From a virus (taxonomy: Duplodnaviria > Heunggongvirae > Uroviricota > Caudoviricetes): a DNA stretch of 35,102 nt. Both the position numbers and the translations under genes were made by a program. The stretch covers positions 1 through 35,102 of IMG/VR virus record IMGVR_UViG_2563366856_000002; one strand, written 5' to 3'. The notes under the pieces are model-generated. The model saw only the letters and a list, made by a program, of their open reading frames with translations, did no database searches and was not told the DNA's origin. Each line of letters opens with the position of its first letter. Position 1 is the stretch's first letter. Positions 16,386 through 25,587 of the stretch are shown one piece after another.

Positions 16386-16865
16386 ATGGACGCAGATTTT
16401 ATATCATTTGAGGCAATGCTTGCTGCTAAAGATTCTGCACAGTGGGCTTATTGGGGGATGTGGATCGCATTATTTTCAGCAATTACTACATTTTTTGCCA
16501 TGGTAATAGGTGGGATTACGATTTTTAGTTGGCGTAAGCAAGAAGCTTTAAAAGATAAAAAGGCATTTGTTTTATCTGTCCTGAAGTTTCAAAAAACTGT
16601 TGGGCTTGGACCTGAGGCTTATCAATTATGTTCTGTACCCGATAACGATCCCTCTCATCCATTTTGGACTCTAACTCATTCATTAACAGATGTTTATGAA
16701 GCAGCATTGTTAATGACTGCTAAGAAAGATCGGGCGAAGGCAACTCGCATTTATACGATGCTTGATGAAATATATGAGTCCTTACATCAAGGTCGAATCA
16801 ACAGCAGGACGGCAACAGCTCGGATCTTAGCAATACAAAAAGACTCTTTTTTTGAAGATTATTAA
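16386..16865 (+). CDS. membrane-anchored hypothetical protein (single N-terminal TM), AT-rich single-gene insert
   Basis: 159 aa from ATG with GAGG RBS; TM segment WAYWGMWIALFSAITTFFAMVIGGITIF; followed by intrinsic terminator. Confidence 0.55.
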   Translation: MDADFISFEAMLAAKDSAQWAYWGMWIALFSAITTFFAMVIGGITIFSWRKQEALKDKKAFVLSVLKFQKTVGLGPEAYQLCSVPDNDPSHPFWTLTHSLTDVYEAALLMTAKKDRAKATRIYTMLDEIYESLHQGRINSRTATARILAIQKDSFFEDY

Positions 16866-16878
16866 ATACTGATTCCTC

Positions 16879-16898
16879 ACCGCCTCCGGGCGGTTTTT
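16879..16898 (+). terminator. rho-independent terminator
   Basis: ACCGCC-tccg-GGCGGT stem-loop followed by TTTTT. Confidence 0.65.
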
Positions 16899-17015
16899 AA
16901 TTATCATTACCATGGGTGCATTCACGTAACAGTAGTGTCACTGATATTCAGAGAATGCCTGTGATATTGCTACTGCTATCGGGTAAAATGTAGCCCTTGC
17001 AAATAGGAGGGCAGA

Positions 17016-17318
17016 ATGTCTGAACTGAATTATGAAGCAATAGGCCGCTGCAAAATCCTTAATGAAAAGATCAAAGATCTTCATGCTGAACGAATGAAAG
17101 CTATTGGTGATTTACGTACTGCTGTCTATGCCCTTCATCAGAAAGGGAATGTAAACCTCATCCCACCAGAAATTGTTGAATTCAACCCCCAATCGCTTAC
17201 ATCCCTTGTAGAGAAGGTTGGTCACTATGATGGTGAGCTGATGCGAGCTGTACATGAGTACAACAACTGGTGTGTAGAAGCAGGCGAGAAACCCGTAAAA
17301 CTTATAAAGCTAGACTGA
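17016..17318 (+). CDS. hypothetical 100-aa protein
   Basis: ORF with GGAGG RBS, followed by strong terminator; no family recognised. Confidence 0.5.
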   Translation: MSELNYEAIGRCKILNEKIKDLHAERMKAIGDLRTAVYALHQKGNVNLIPPEIVEFNPQSLTSLVEKVGHYDGELMRAVHEYNNWCVEAGEKPVKLIKLD

Positions 17319-17343
17319 AACAACAAATTTATGCAAATCATTA

Positions 17344-17367
17344 GCCTCGCACATGCGGGGCTTTTTT
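17344..17367 (+). terminator. rho-independent terminator
   Basis: GCCTCGC-acat-GCGGGGC stem-loop followed by TTTTTT. Confidence 0.65.
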
Positions 17368-17403
17368 ATGCGCACCATACATGCACATCAAAGAGAGTCT
17401 TCA

Positions 17404-17754
17404 ATGCCGCCACGAATACCAAAAGCCTGCCGTGTTCGCGGTTGCCGCCATACCACGACTGACCCGTCAGGCTACTGCGAAAGCCACAAAAGCGAAGGCT
17501 GGAAGCAATACAAACCTGGACAATCCCGTCATCAGCGCGGCTACGGTTCGATGTGGGACAGTATCCGCGCGCGTGTCCTGAAGCGTGACAAAGGCCTTTG
17601 TCAGTTATGTCTGCGTGCCGGTGTGGTGCGTGAAGCGAAAACCGTTGACCACATCATCCCTAAAGCGCATGGCGGCACTGATGCCGACCGTAATCTGCAG
17701 AGTCTGTGCTGGCCGTGTCATAAGGCGAAGACGGCCCGTGAACGGTTGAAGTGA
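17404..17754 (+). CDS. HNH endonuclease (terminase-associated)
   Basis: C-x-x-C...C-x-x-C zinc motifs and DHIIPKAHGG...N HNH core; located immediately upstream of terminase small subunit. Confidence 0.8.
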   Translation: MPPRIPKACRVRGCRHTTTDPSGYCESHKSEGWKQYKPGQSRHQRGYGSMWDSIRARVLKRDKGLCQLCLRAGVVREAKTVDHIIPKAHGGTDADRNLQSLCWPCHKAKTARERLK

Positions 17755-17780
17755 TAATAATTCTCAACTGCTTGAGGGGA

Positions 17781-17840
17781 GGGGCGGGTCAAATCCCTGC
17801 GGCCTGACGTCTTCCGGACTGCCCGCCCCATCGTTTTTTT
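17781..17840 (+). other. large GC-rich hairpin with T-run between HNH and terminase genes (candidate cos-region element or terminator)
   Basis: GGGGCGGG (17781-17788) and CCCGCCCC (17822-17829) are reverse complements, followed by TTTTTTT. Confidence 0.35.
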
Positions 17841-17879
17841 ATACCCGCGAAAAATGAAATTTAACCAGGAGTGCCGCAT

Positions 17880-18374
17880 ATGGCTGGAACGGCGGGGCGT
17901 TCCGGGCGTCGCCCCAAGCCAACGGCGCGCAAGGCGCTGGCCGGAAACCCCGGCAAGCGAGCCCTGAATAAAGATGAACCTGTTTTTACGCCCATCAAAG
18001 GTGTTGAGCCACCGGAGTGGTTCGCTGAAGAAGATCTCCCTCTCGCCACGATCATGTGGCAACTGACAACTAAAGAACTCTGCGGTCAGGGCCTGCTGTG
18101 CGTGACTGACCTCGCGGTGCTTGAGCGGTGGTGCGTGGCCTACGAGTTCTGGCGACGTGCCGTGAAAAATATTGCCAGACAGGGCAACACCATCACCGGT
18201 GCAATGGGCGGTATGGTCAAAAATCCGGAGCTGACCGCCAAAAAAGAACAGGAGTCCGAGATGAGCAGTACGGGGGCAATGCTCGGACTCGACCCCAGCA
18301 GCCGCCAGCGTCTGATTGGCCTGGCGGGGCAGAAGAAAGCCACTAACCCGTTTCTGAAAATTATCGAATCATGA
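17880..18374 (+). CDS. terminase small subunit (P27 family-like)
   Basis: ATG with AGGAG RBS; N-terminal basic region [27 protein letters not shown] typical of P27-type small terminase; stop overlaps large-subunit start. Confidence 0.8.
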   Translation: MAGTAGRSGRRPKPTARKALAGNPGKRALNKDEPVFTPIKGVEPPEWFAEEDLPLATIMWQLTTKELCGQGLLCVTDLAVLERWCVAYEFWRRAVKNIARQGNTITGAMGGMVKNPELTAKKEQESEMSSTGAMLGLDPSSRQRLIGLAGQKKATNPFLKIIES

Positions 18375-20104
18375 GCCGGAAATCTTACCCCAACGTAAAT
18401 GCTGCCAATCAGTATGCCCGGGATGTCGTGCGCGGAAAGATTGTGGCCTGCCAGTTTGTGATTCAGGCCTGCCAGCGCCATCTTGATGACCTGATGGCGG
18501 AAAAAAGTAAGTCGTTTCGTTACCGCTTCGACAAGGACCTGGCTGAACGGGCCGCCAAATTTATTCAGCTGTTGCCGCACACCAAGGGTGAGTGGGCATT
18601 TAAGAGGATGCCCATCACGCTGGAGCCGTGGCAGCTCTTTGTGATCTGCTGCGCGTTTGGCTGGGTCAATAAAGGCTCCCGGCTGCGCCGCTTCCGTGAG
18701 GTGTATACCGAAATCCCCCGTAAGAACGGCAAATCGGCAATCTCTGCCGGTGTCGCCCTGTATTGTTTTGCCTGTGATAACGAGTTCGGCGCGGAAGTGT
18801 ATTCCGGTGCCACGACGGAAAAACAGGCATGGGAAGTCTTTCGTCCGGCAAGACTGATGTGTAAACGCACACCCATGCTGACGGAAGCGTTCGGGATTGA
18901 GGTTAACGCCTCAAACATGAACCGTCCGGAGGATGGTGCGCGTTTTGAACCGCTGATCGGTAACCCCGGTGATGGTTCATCACCCCACTGTGCGGTGGTG
19001 GATGAATATCACGAGCACGCCACAGATGCGCTTTACACCACGATGCTTACCGGGATGGGGGCGCGACGTCAGCCACTGATGTGGGCTATCACTACCGCCG
19101 GGTACAACATTGAGGGGCCGTGCTACGACAAACGGCGGGAAGTCATCGAGATGCTCAACGGCTCGGTGCCTAACGATGAACTGTTCGGGATCATCTATAC
19201 CGTTGATGAAGGTGACGACTGGACCGACCCGCAGGTGCTGGAAAAAGCCAATCCAAATATTGGCGTGTCGGTTTATCGCGAATTTTTGTTAAGTCAGCAG
19301 CAGCGTGCGAAAAATAACGCCCGTCTGGCAAACGTCTTTAAAACAAAACACCTCAATATCTGGGTGTCGGCGCGTTCGGCGTATTTCAACCTGGTGAGCT
19401 GGCAGAGCTGCGAGGATAAATCACTGACCCTTGAGCAGTTCGAGGGGCAGCCGTGCATTCTGGCCTTTGACCTGGCGCGTAAGCTGGATATGAACAGCAT
19501 GGCGCGACTTTATACCCGCGAGATTGACGGTAAAACGCATTACTACAGTGTGGCCCCGCGTTTCTGGGTACCGTATGACACGGTGTACAGCGTCGAGAAA
19601 AATGAAGATCGACGGACAGCCGAACGCTTTCAGAAATGGGTGGAAATGGGCGTTCTGACCGTTACCGATGGTGCGGAGGTGGATTATCGCTACATCCTCG
19701 AGGAGGCCAAAGCGGCGAACAAAATCAGCCCGGTCAGTGAGTCACCCATCGACCCCTTCGGGGCGACCGGGTTGTCACATGACCTTGCTGATGAAGACCT
19801 GAACCCCATCACTATCATTCAGAACTACACCAACATGTCCGACCCGATGAAAGAGCTGGAAGCGGCAATTGAATCGGGGCGCTTTCATCATGATGGCAAT
19901 CCCATCATGACCTGGTGTATCGGCAACGTGGTCGGCAAAACCATTCCGGGTAACGATGATGTGGTGAAGCCCGTCAAAGAGCAGGCGGAAAACAAAATCG
20001 ATGGTGCAGTTGCGCTGATTATGGCGGTTGGCAGAGCCATGCTGTACGAGAAAGAAGACACGTTGTCTGACCACATTGAGTCCTATGGGATCCGCTCGCT
20101 TTAA
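18371..20104 (+). CDS. terminase large subunit
   Basis: 577 aa; Walker A-like IPRKNGKS, ATPase and C-terminal nuclease region; canonical position. Confidence 0.9.
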
Positions 20105-20115
20105 CTGAGGTAATT

Positions 20116-20298
20116 ATGATCATGCTGATTCTCGCGCCTCTGGTGGGCGTGCTGGGGGCGCTTTTGCTGGCGTATGGTGCCTGGCTGATTTATCCCCCGG
20201 CGGGGTTTGTTGTTGCCGGGGCGTTGTGCCTGTTCTGGTCGTGGCTGGTGGCGCGATATCTTGACCGTACACAGTCGTCTGTCGGCGGAGGTAAATAG
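20116..20298 (+). CDS. small hydrophobic protein (two predicted TM segments)
   Basis: 60 aa, GAGG RBS, packed between terminase and portal with adjacent start/stop. Confidence 0.45.
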
Positions 20299-21539
20299 TG
20301 TTCTTTTCGGGATTATTTCAACGAAAAAGTGACGCACCGATGACCACGCCAGCAGAGCTGGCGGATGCTATCGGGTTGTCCTACGACACCTATACCGGAA
20401 AGCAGATCAGCAGCCAGCGGGCCATGCGACTGACGGCGGTTTTTTCCTGTGTCAGGGTGCTGGCGGAGTCGGTCGGGATGTTGCCCTGCAACCTGTATCA
20501 CCTGAACGGCAGCCTGAAGCAGAGAGCCACTGGCGAACGTCTGCATAAGCTGATCTCCACGCATCCCAATGGCTATATGACGCCGCAGGAGTTCTGGGAG
20601 CTGGTGGTCACCTGTCTGTGCCTGCGGGGAAACTTTTACGCCTACAAAGTGAAAGCATTTGGCGAAGTGGCTGAACTGCTGCCCGTCGATCCCGGCTGTG
20701 TGGTACCGAAGCTTAACAGTAGCTGGGAGCCGATCTATCAGGTCACATTCCCGGATGGCTCCACGGATGTACTGAGCCAGGAGGATATCTGGCATGTGCG
20801 CACGCTGACGCTGGACGGACTGGTGGGGCTGAATCCCATCGCCTATGCCCGCGAGGCAATATCGCTGGCAGCTGCGACCGAAGAGCACGGGGCCAGACTG
20901 TTCAGCAATGGCGCGGTGACGTCGGGTGTGTTGCGTACAGAGCAGACGCTGTCAGATCAGGCTTATGAGCGCCTGAAGAAAGATTTTGAGGAGCGTCACA
21001 CCGGGCTTGGCAATGCTCACCGCCCGATGATCCTTGAGATGGGGCTGGACTGGAAGTCGATGGCGCTGAACGCCGAGGACAGCCAGTTCCTGGAAACCCG
21101 CAAGTTTCAGCTTGAAGAAATCTGTCGTCTGTTCCGGGTGCCGTTGCACATGGTGCAGAACACCGATCGCGCCACCTTCAACAATATCGAAGAGCTGGGG
21201 CTGGGATTTATCAACTATTCACTGGTGCCGTATCTGACCCGCATCGAACAGCGGATCAACACCGGACTGGTACGAAAAAGTAAGCAGGGCGTTTATTACG
21301 CCAAATTTAACGCCGGGGCGTTACTGCGCGGGGATATGAAGTCCCGTTTTGAAGCCTACGCCACCGGGATCAACTGGGGAATTTACTCTCCCAATGACTG
21401 CCGCGACCTGGAAGATATGAATCCGCGTCCCGGTGGTGATGTCTATCTCACACCGATGAACATGACCACGAAACCCTCCGATGGCAGTAAGGCCGGTAAG
21501 CAGAAGGATAACGCCAATGCAGACGAAACAACGTCTTGA
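20298..21539 (+). CDS. portal protein (HK97 family)
   Basis: 413 aa; GTG start with GGAGG RBS; position and length typical; sequence resembles HK97-family portals. Confidence 0.88.
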   Translation: MFFSGLFQRKSDAPMTTPAELADAIGLSYDTYTGKQISSQRAMRLTAVFSCVRVLAESVGMLPCNLYHLNGSLKQRATGERLHKLISTHPNGYMTPQEFWELVVTCLCLRGNFYAYKVKAFGEVAELLPVDPGCVVPKLNSSWEPIYQVTFPDGSTDVLSQEDIWHVRTLTLDGLVGLNPIAYAREAISLAAATEEHGARLFSNGAVTSGVLRTEQTLSDQAYERLKKDFEERHTGLGNAHRPMILEMGLDWKSMALNAEDSQFLETRKFQLEEICRLFRVPLHMVQNTDRATFNNIEELGLGFINYSLVPYLTRIEQRINTGLVRKSKQGVYYAKFNAGALLRGDMKSRFEAYATGINWGIYSPNDCRDLEDMNPRPGGDVYLTPMNMTTKPSDGSKAGKQKDNANADETTS

Positions 21540-22167
21540 TGTACCGCTGAGTCTGAAATCTGTCAGTGACTCCGGTGAGTTTGAAGGGTATGGCTCCGTC
21601 TTTGGTGTAAAGGACAGCCACGATGATGTGGTGATGTCCGGGGCATTTGCTGCTTCCCTGCGGGCGTGGAGTGACAGAAAAGCGTTACCTGCGCTGCTCT
21701 GGCAGCACCGCATGGATGAACCCATCGGTGTTTACACCGAAATGAAGGAAGACGATGTCGGGCTTTACGTCAGGGGACGGTTGCTTATTGATGATGATCC
21801 CCTCGCAAAACGCGCACATGCACATATGAAGGCCGGTTCGTTAACCGGCCTTTCTATTGGGTACGTCCTGAAGGACTGGGAATACGACCGGACGAAAGAA
21901 GCCTTTCTGCTGAAAGAAATCGACCTCTGGGAAGTCAGTCTGGTGACGTTTCCGTCTAACGACGAGGCGCGGATCAGCGACGTCAAGAACGCGCTGGCCC
22001 GCGGGGAAATCCCCGAACAGAAAAAAATCGAAAGAGTCCTGCGTGATGTCGGACTCTCCCGTACCCAGGCCAAAGCATTCATGGCCGGGGGCTATGGCGC
22101 ACTGTCCCTGCGCGACGCTGAGGATGTGGGCTCTGCACTGAATGCACTGAAAAATCTGAACTTCTAA
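21517..22167 (+). CDS. prohead protease (HK97 family, S78)
   Basis: Start at Met with AAGGA RBS; between portal and major capsid; resembles HK97-type maturation protease. Confidence 0.85.
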   Translation: MQTKQRLDVPLSLKSVSDSGEFEGYGSVFGVKDSHDDVVMSGAFAASLRAWSDRKALPALLWQHRMDEPIGVYTEMKEDDVGLYVRGRLLIDDDPLAKRAHAHMKAGSLTGLSIGYVLKDWEYDRTKEAFLLKEIDLWEVSLVTFPSNDEARISDVKNALARGEIPEQKKIERVLRDVGLSRTQAKAFMAGGYGALSLRDAEDVGSALNALKNLNF

Positions 22168-22181
22168 TCAGGAGAAATACG

Positions 22182-23387
22182 ATGGCGGTAGATATTAAAG
22201 ATGTCGAACAGGTCGCGCAGGAGCTGCAGCAGAAGTTTGACGACTTCAAAGCAAAGAACGACAAGCGCGTGGATGCGATTGAGCAGGAAAAAGGCAAACT
22301 TGCCGGGCAGGTGGAAACCCTGAACGGGAAACTCAGCGAGCTGGAAAACCTCAAAAGCGATCTTGAAAAAGAGCTGCTTGAGCTGAAACGTCCGGCAGGT
22401 GGTGCGCAAAATAAACTGGTCACCGAGCATAAAGAAGCGTTTGTGGGCTTCCTGCGTAAAGGCCGTGAAGATGGTCTGCGCGATCTGGAGCGCAAGGCAT
22501 TACAGGTGGGCACCGATGAAGACGGCGGCTATGCCGTGCCGGAAGCACTGGATCGCAACATTCTCACCCTGCTGAAAGATGAAGTGGTGATGCGCCAGGA
22601 AGCCACGGTGATCACCGTTGGTGGTTCCGACTACAAAAAACTGGTGAATCTGGGCGGCACGGCTTCCGGATGGGTTGGCGAGACTGACGCGCGCTCCCAG
22701 ACTGCCACCTCCAGACTGGGGCTGATTGAACCTTTCATGGGGGAAATCTACGGTAACCCGCAGGCCACCCAGAAAATGCTGGATGATGCCTTTTTCAACG
22801 TGGAGGCCTGGATCAACAGCGAGCTGGCAACTGAATTTGCCGAACAGGAAGAAATTGCCTTTACCACCGGCGATGGTACCAAGAAGCCGAAAGGGTTCCT
22901 GGCGTATGAATCCACGGATGAAACCGATAAGGTCCGGGCGTTCGGCAAACTTCAGCATATTGTATCCGGCGACGCGACTGCGGTGACCGCAGACGCCATT
23001 ATCAAACTGATTTACACGCTGCGAAAGGCACACCGCACCGGCGCGAAGTTCATGATGAACAACAACAGCCTGTTTGCCATCCGTTTGCTGAAAGACATCG
23101 AGGGTAACTATCTGTGGCGTCCGGGGCTGGAACTGGGGCAGCCGTCCTCTCTGGCGGGTTACGGTATCGCTGAAAACGAACAGATGCCGGATATCGCCGC
23201 TGATGCGAAAGCCATTGCATTTGGTAACTTCAAACGGGGTTACACCATCGTTGACCGTATCGGCACCCGCATTCTGCGTGACCCGTACACCAATAAACCG
23301 TTTGTCGGTTTTTATACAACCAAGCGCACCGGCGGGATGCTGGTCGATTCGCAGGCCATCAAACTGCTGAAGATTGCTGCGGCGTAA
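22182..23387 (+). CDS. major capsid protein (HK97 family)
   Basis: 401 aa, N-terminal coiled-coil delta/scaffold-like domain then capsid fold region; canonical position. Confidence 0.9.
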   Translation: MAVDIKDVEQVAQELQQKFDDFKAKNDKRVDAIEQEKGKLAGQVETLNGKLSELENLKSDLEKELLELKRPAGGAQNKLVTEHKEAFVGFLRKGREDGLRDLERKALQVGTDEDGGYAVPEALDRNILTLLKDEVVMRQEATVITVGGSDYKKLVNLGGTASGWVGETDARSQTATSRLGLIEPFMGEIYGNPQATQKMLDDAFFNVEAWINSELATEFAEQEEIAFTTGDGTKKPKGFLAYESTDETDKVRAFGKLQHIVSGDATAVTADAIIKLIYTLRKAHRTGAKFMMNNNSLFAIRLLKDIEGNYLWRPGLELGQPSSLAGYGIAENEQMPDIAADAKAIAFGNFKRGYTIVDRIGTRILRDPYTNKPFVGFYTTKRTGGMLVDSQAIKLLKIAAA

Positions 23388-23394
23388 TCATTCA

Positions 23395-23414
23395 GGGGCG
23401 CGGAACCGCGCCCC
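23395..23414 (+). terminator. GC-rich hairpin after major capsid gene (possible partial terminator)
   Basis: GGGGCGCGG-aa-CCGCGCCCC perfect 9-bp palindrome; weak T-tract. Confidence 0.4.
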
Positions 23415-23436
23415 CTGTTCTGACGGGTGAAGAATC

Positions 23437-23637
23437 ATGATCCTGAAACAAGATCTGAAATGGTCACCGGACGGTATGCGTGTTGAGGTCATTCGGGCCG
23501 GTGAGTATGACGACGGGGCGCTTCCTGCCCGGGTGCAGGAGATTGCACTTCAGGCCGGGTTAGCAGAGCGCGGAACCAGTGCAAAAAGCAGTAAAGCGGC
23601 AAAAGAGAAAAAAGCCACGACCAGTAAAGAGGGCTGA
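23437..23637 (+). CDS. hypothetical small protein
   Basis: 66-aa ORF in structural operon; Lys-rich C-terminus. Confidence 0.4.
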   Translation: MILKQDLKWSPDGMRVEVIRAGEYDDGALPARVQEIALQAGLAERGTSAKSSKAAKEKKATTSKEG

Positions 23638-23639
23638 GT

Positions 23640-23963
23640 ATGCTTCTGACAATGGAAGAGATTAAAGCCCAACTCCGGCTGGATGAGGATTTCGATGCTG
23701 ATGACCGCCATCTGCAACTGCTGGCCTGTGCGGCGCAAAAGCGGACGGAAACGTATCTGAACCGGAAGCTCTATGCACCGGATGAAACCATTCCGGACAG
23801 CGATCCGGACGGGCTGCACCTGCCGGATGATATTCGTCTGGGGATGCTGATGCTTATCAGCCATTTTTACGAAAACCGCTCGTCGGTTACGGAAGTGGAG
23901 AAACTCGACATGCCGCAGAGTTTTGGCTGGCTTGTCGGCCCGTACAGGTACTTTCCGCAATGA
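23640..23963 (+). CDS. head-tail connector protein (gp6-like)
   Basis: 107 aa, MLLTMEEIKAQLRLDEDFDADD...resembles phage head-tail connector family. Confidence 0.75.
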   Translation: MLLTMEEIKAQLRLDEDFDADDRHLQLLACAAQKRTETYLNRKLYAPDETIPDSDPDGLHLPDDIRLGMLMLISHFYENRSSVTEVEKLDMPQSFGWLVGPYRYFPQ

Positions 23964-24370
23964 AAATTCGTCAGGCGCAGACCAGCGCAACCTACATTCT
24001 GCCGGACCCCGGTGAACTGAATAAACGCGTCCTGATCCGCCAGCGGGTGGATATGCCCGCGGATTACTTTGGCGTGGAGTCTCAATACCCGGTTACGTTC
24101 CGGACATGGGCGAAGGTTATCCAGACCAGTGCCACCACCTGGCAGGAAACCGCGCAGACCGGGGACGCCATCACCCATTACATCACCATTCGCTACCGCC
24201 GGGGGATCACCGCTGATTATGAGGTGGTCTGCGGTGACAGTGTGTACCGGGTGAAACGTCAGCGCGATCTGAACGGGGCGCGGCGCTTTCTGCTGCTGGA
24301 GTGTACGGAACTGGGCGAATTTACGCAGAGTCACGGAGGCAGCAATGGCGACTCCCTTTTTTCACGTTGA
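23960..24370 (+). CDS. head-tail adaptor / head closure protein
   Basis: LNKRVLIRQR...TFRTWAKV...ITHYITIRYRRGIT pattern resembles head-tail joining family. Confidence 0.6.
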   Translation: MKIRQAQTSATYILPDPGELNKRVLIRQRVDMPADYFGVESQYPVTFRTWAKVIQTSATTWQETAQTGDAITHYITIRYRRGITADYEVVCGDSVYRVKRQRDLNGARRFLLLECTELGEFTQSHGGSNGDSLFSR

Positions 24371-24851
24371 TGTTCAGCAGCCCGCGGAGATGCGCTTTAA
24401 CCGTGCCCGTGTCCGGCGGGCGTTTGTCACGATTGGGCAGCGTCATATGCGTGATGCCCGTCGGCTGGTGATGCGCCGTGCGCGGTCGGCACCGGGTGAA
24501 AACCCCGGTTATCAGACCGGACGCCTGGCTCGTTCGATTGGTTACATGGTGCCGAGAGCCAGTAAAAAGCGAGCCGGTTTTATGACACGCATTGCCCCTA
24601 ACCAGCGCAACGGGAAGGGGAACCGGATGATCTCTGGTGACTTCTATCCGGCGTTTCTGTTTTTTGGTGTCCGGGGAGGAGCAAAGCGTCGTCGCAGCCA
24701 TCATCGTGGTGCATCCGGTGGCAGCGGCTGGCGACTGGCTCCACGTAATAACTTTATGGTGGAAACGCTTGAAAAGAACCGCAGCTGGACACGCTATTTT
24801 CTGGCGCGGGAATTGCGTAAATCACTGAAGCCGGAGCGACGACACAGATGA
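24345..24851 (+). CDS. HK97 gp10-family tail component
   Basis: Arg-rich 168-aa protein with G..P...TG.L..SI motif. Confidence 0.6.
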   Translation: MATPFFHVDVQQPAEMRFNRARVRRAFVTIGQRHMRDARRLVMRRARSAPGENPGYQTGRLARSIGYMVPRASKKRAGFMTRIAPNQRNGKGNRMISGDFYPAFLFFGVRGGAKRRRSHHRGASGGSGWRLAPRNNFMVETLEKNRSWTRYFLARELRKSLKPERRHR

Positions 24852-25408
24852 AACTGACGCCTGTTATTGCTGCACTGCGTGCCCGCTGTCCGTATTTTGA
24901 AAACCGGGTTGCAGGCGCGGCCCAGTTCAAAAATCTGCCGGAGGTCGGAAAGCTGAAACTCCCGGCGGCATATGTTGTACCGGGTGATGATTCTCCGGGA
25001 GAAAACAAAAGCCAGACCGACTACTGGCAGGAGCTGAAAGAGGGTTTCTCCGTGGTTGTCATACTGAGTAACGGGCGTGATGAGCGCGGTCAGTTTGCCT
25101 CGTATGATGTGGTGGACGATGTCCGGCAGATGCTCTTTAAGGCTCTGCTGGGCTGGAACCCGGAGGCGTGCGGTAACCCGATTACCTATGACGGCGGCAC
25201 GCTGCTGGATCTGAATCGTCATGAGCTGATTTATCAGTTCGATTTTTCGGTCATCAGCGAGCTGACTGAAGACGATACCCGCCAGCAGGATGATCTGAAC
25301 AGTCTGGATGAACTGCAAACGCTGGCGATTGATGTTGATTATCTCGAGCCCGGTAACGGGCCTGACGGCGATATCGAACATCACACCGAAATAACCCTTC
25401 CTTCCTGA
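24848..25408 (+). CDS. Mu-like tail protein (DUF1834-like, FluMu gp37-type)
   Basis: Position directly upstream of DUF2635-like and sheath genes; family call from memory. Confidence 0.5.
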   Translation: MKLTPVIAALRARCPYFENRVAGAAQFKNLPEVGKLKLPAAYVVPGDDSPGENKSQTDYWQELKEGFSVVVILSNGRDERGQFASYDVVDDVRQMLFKALLGWNPEACGNPITYDGGTLLDLNRHELIYQFDFSVISELTEDDTRQQDDLNSLDELQTLAIDVDYLEPGNGPDGDIEHHTEITLPS

Positions 25409-25416
25409 GGATCCTC

Positions 25417-25587
25417 ATGTTTGTCAAACCTGTTAAAGGGCGGTCAGTTCCTGACCCTGCCCGCGGCGACCTTTTGCCCGCCGAAGGGCGAAATGTTGAC
25501 GAGAACAACTACTGGCTGCGCCGTGAAGCAGCGGGTGATATCCGGCGCGTGAATAAAAAGGTGAATACCGATGACGATAAGCTTTAA
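25417..25587 (+). CDS. small Mu-like tail protein (DUF2635-like)
   Basis: 56-aa ORF (below ORF-track cutoff) MFVKPVKGRSVPDPARGDLLPAEGRNVDENNYWLRREAAGDIRRV; overlaps sheath start. Confidence 0.55.
   Translation: MFVKPVKGRSVPDPARGDLLPAEGRNVDENNYWLRREAAGDIRRVNKKVNTDDDKL

Noticed and set aside
20313-20888. 191-aa minus-strand ORF inside the portal gene (similar antisense ORFs occur inside terminase, capsid, sheath, tape measure and circularization genes)
   Set aside because: Fully contained antisense to strongly supported structural genes; Arg/Gln/His-rich low-complexity translations typical of shadow ORFs in GC-rich coding DNA.
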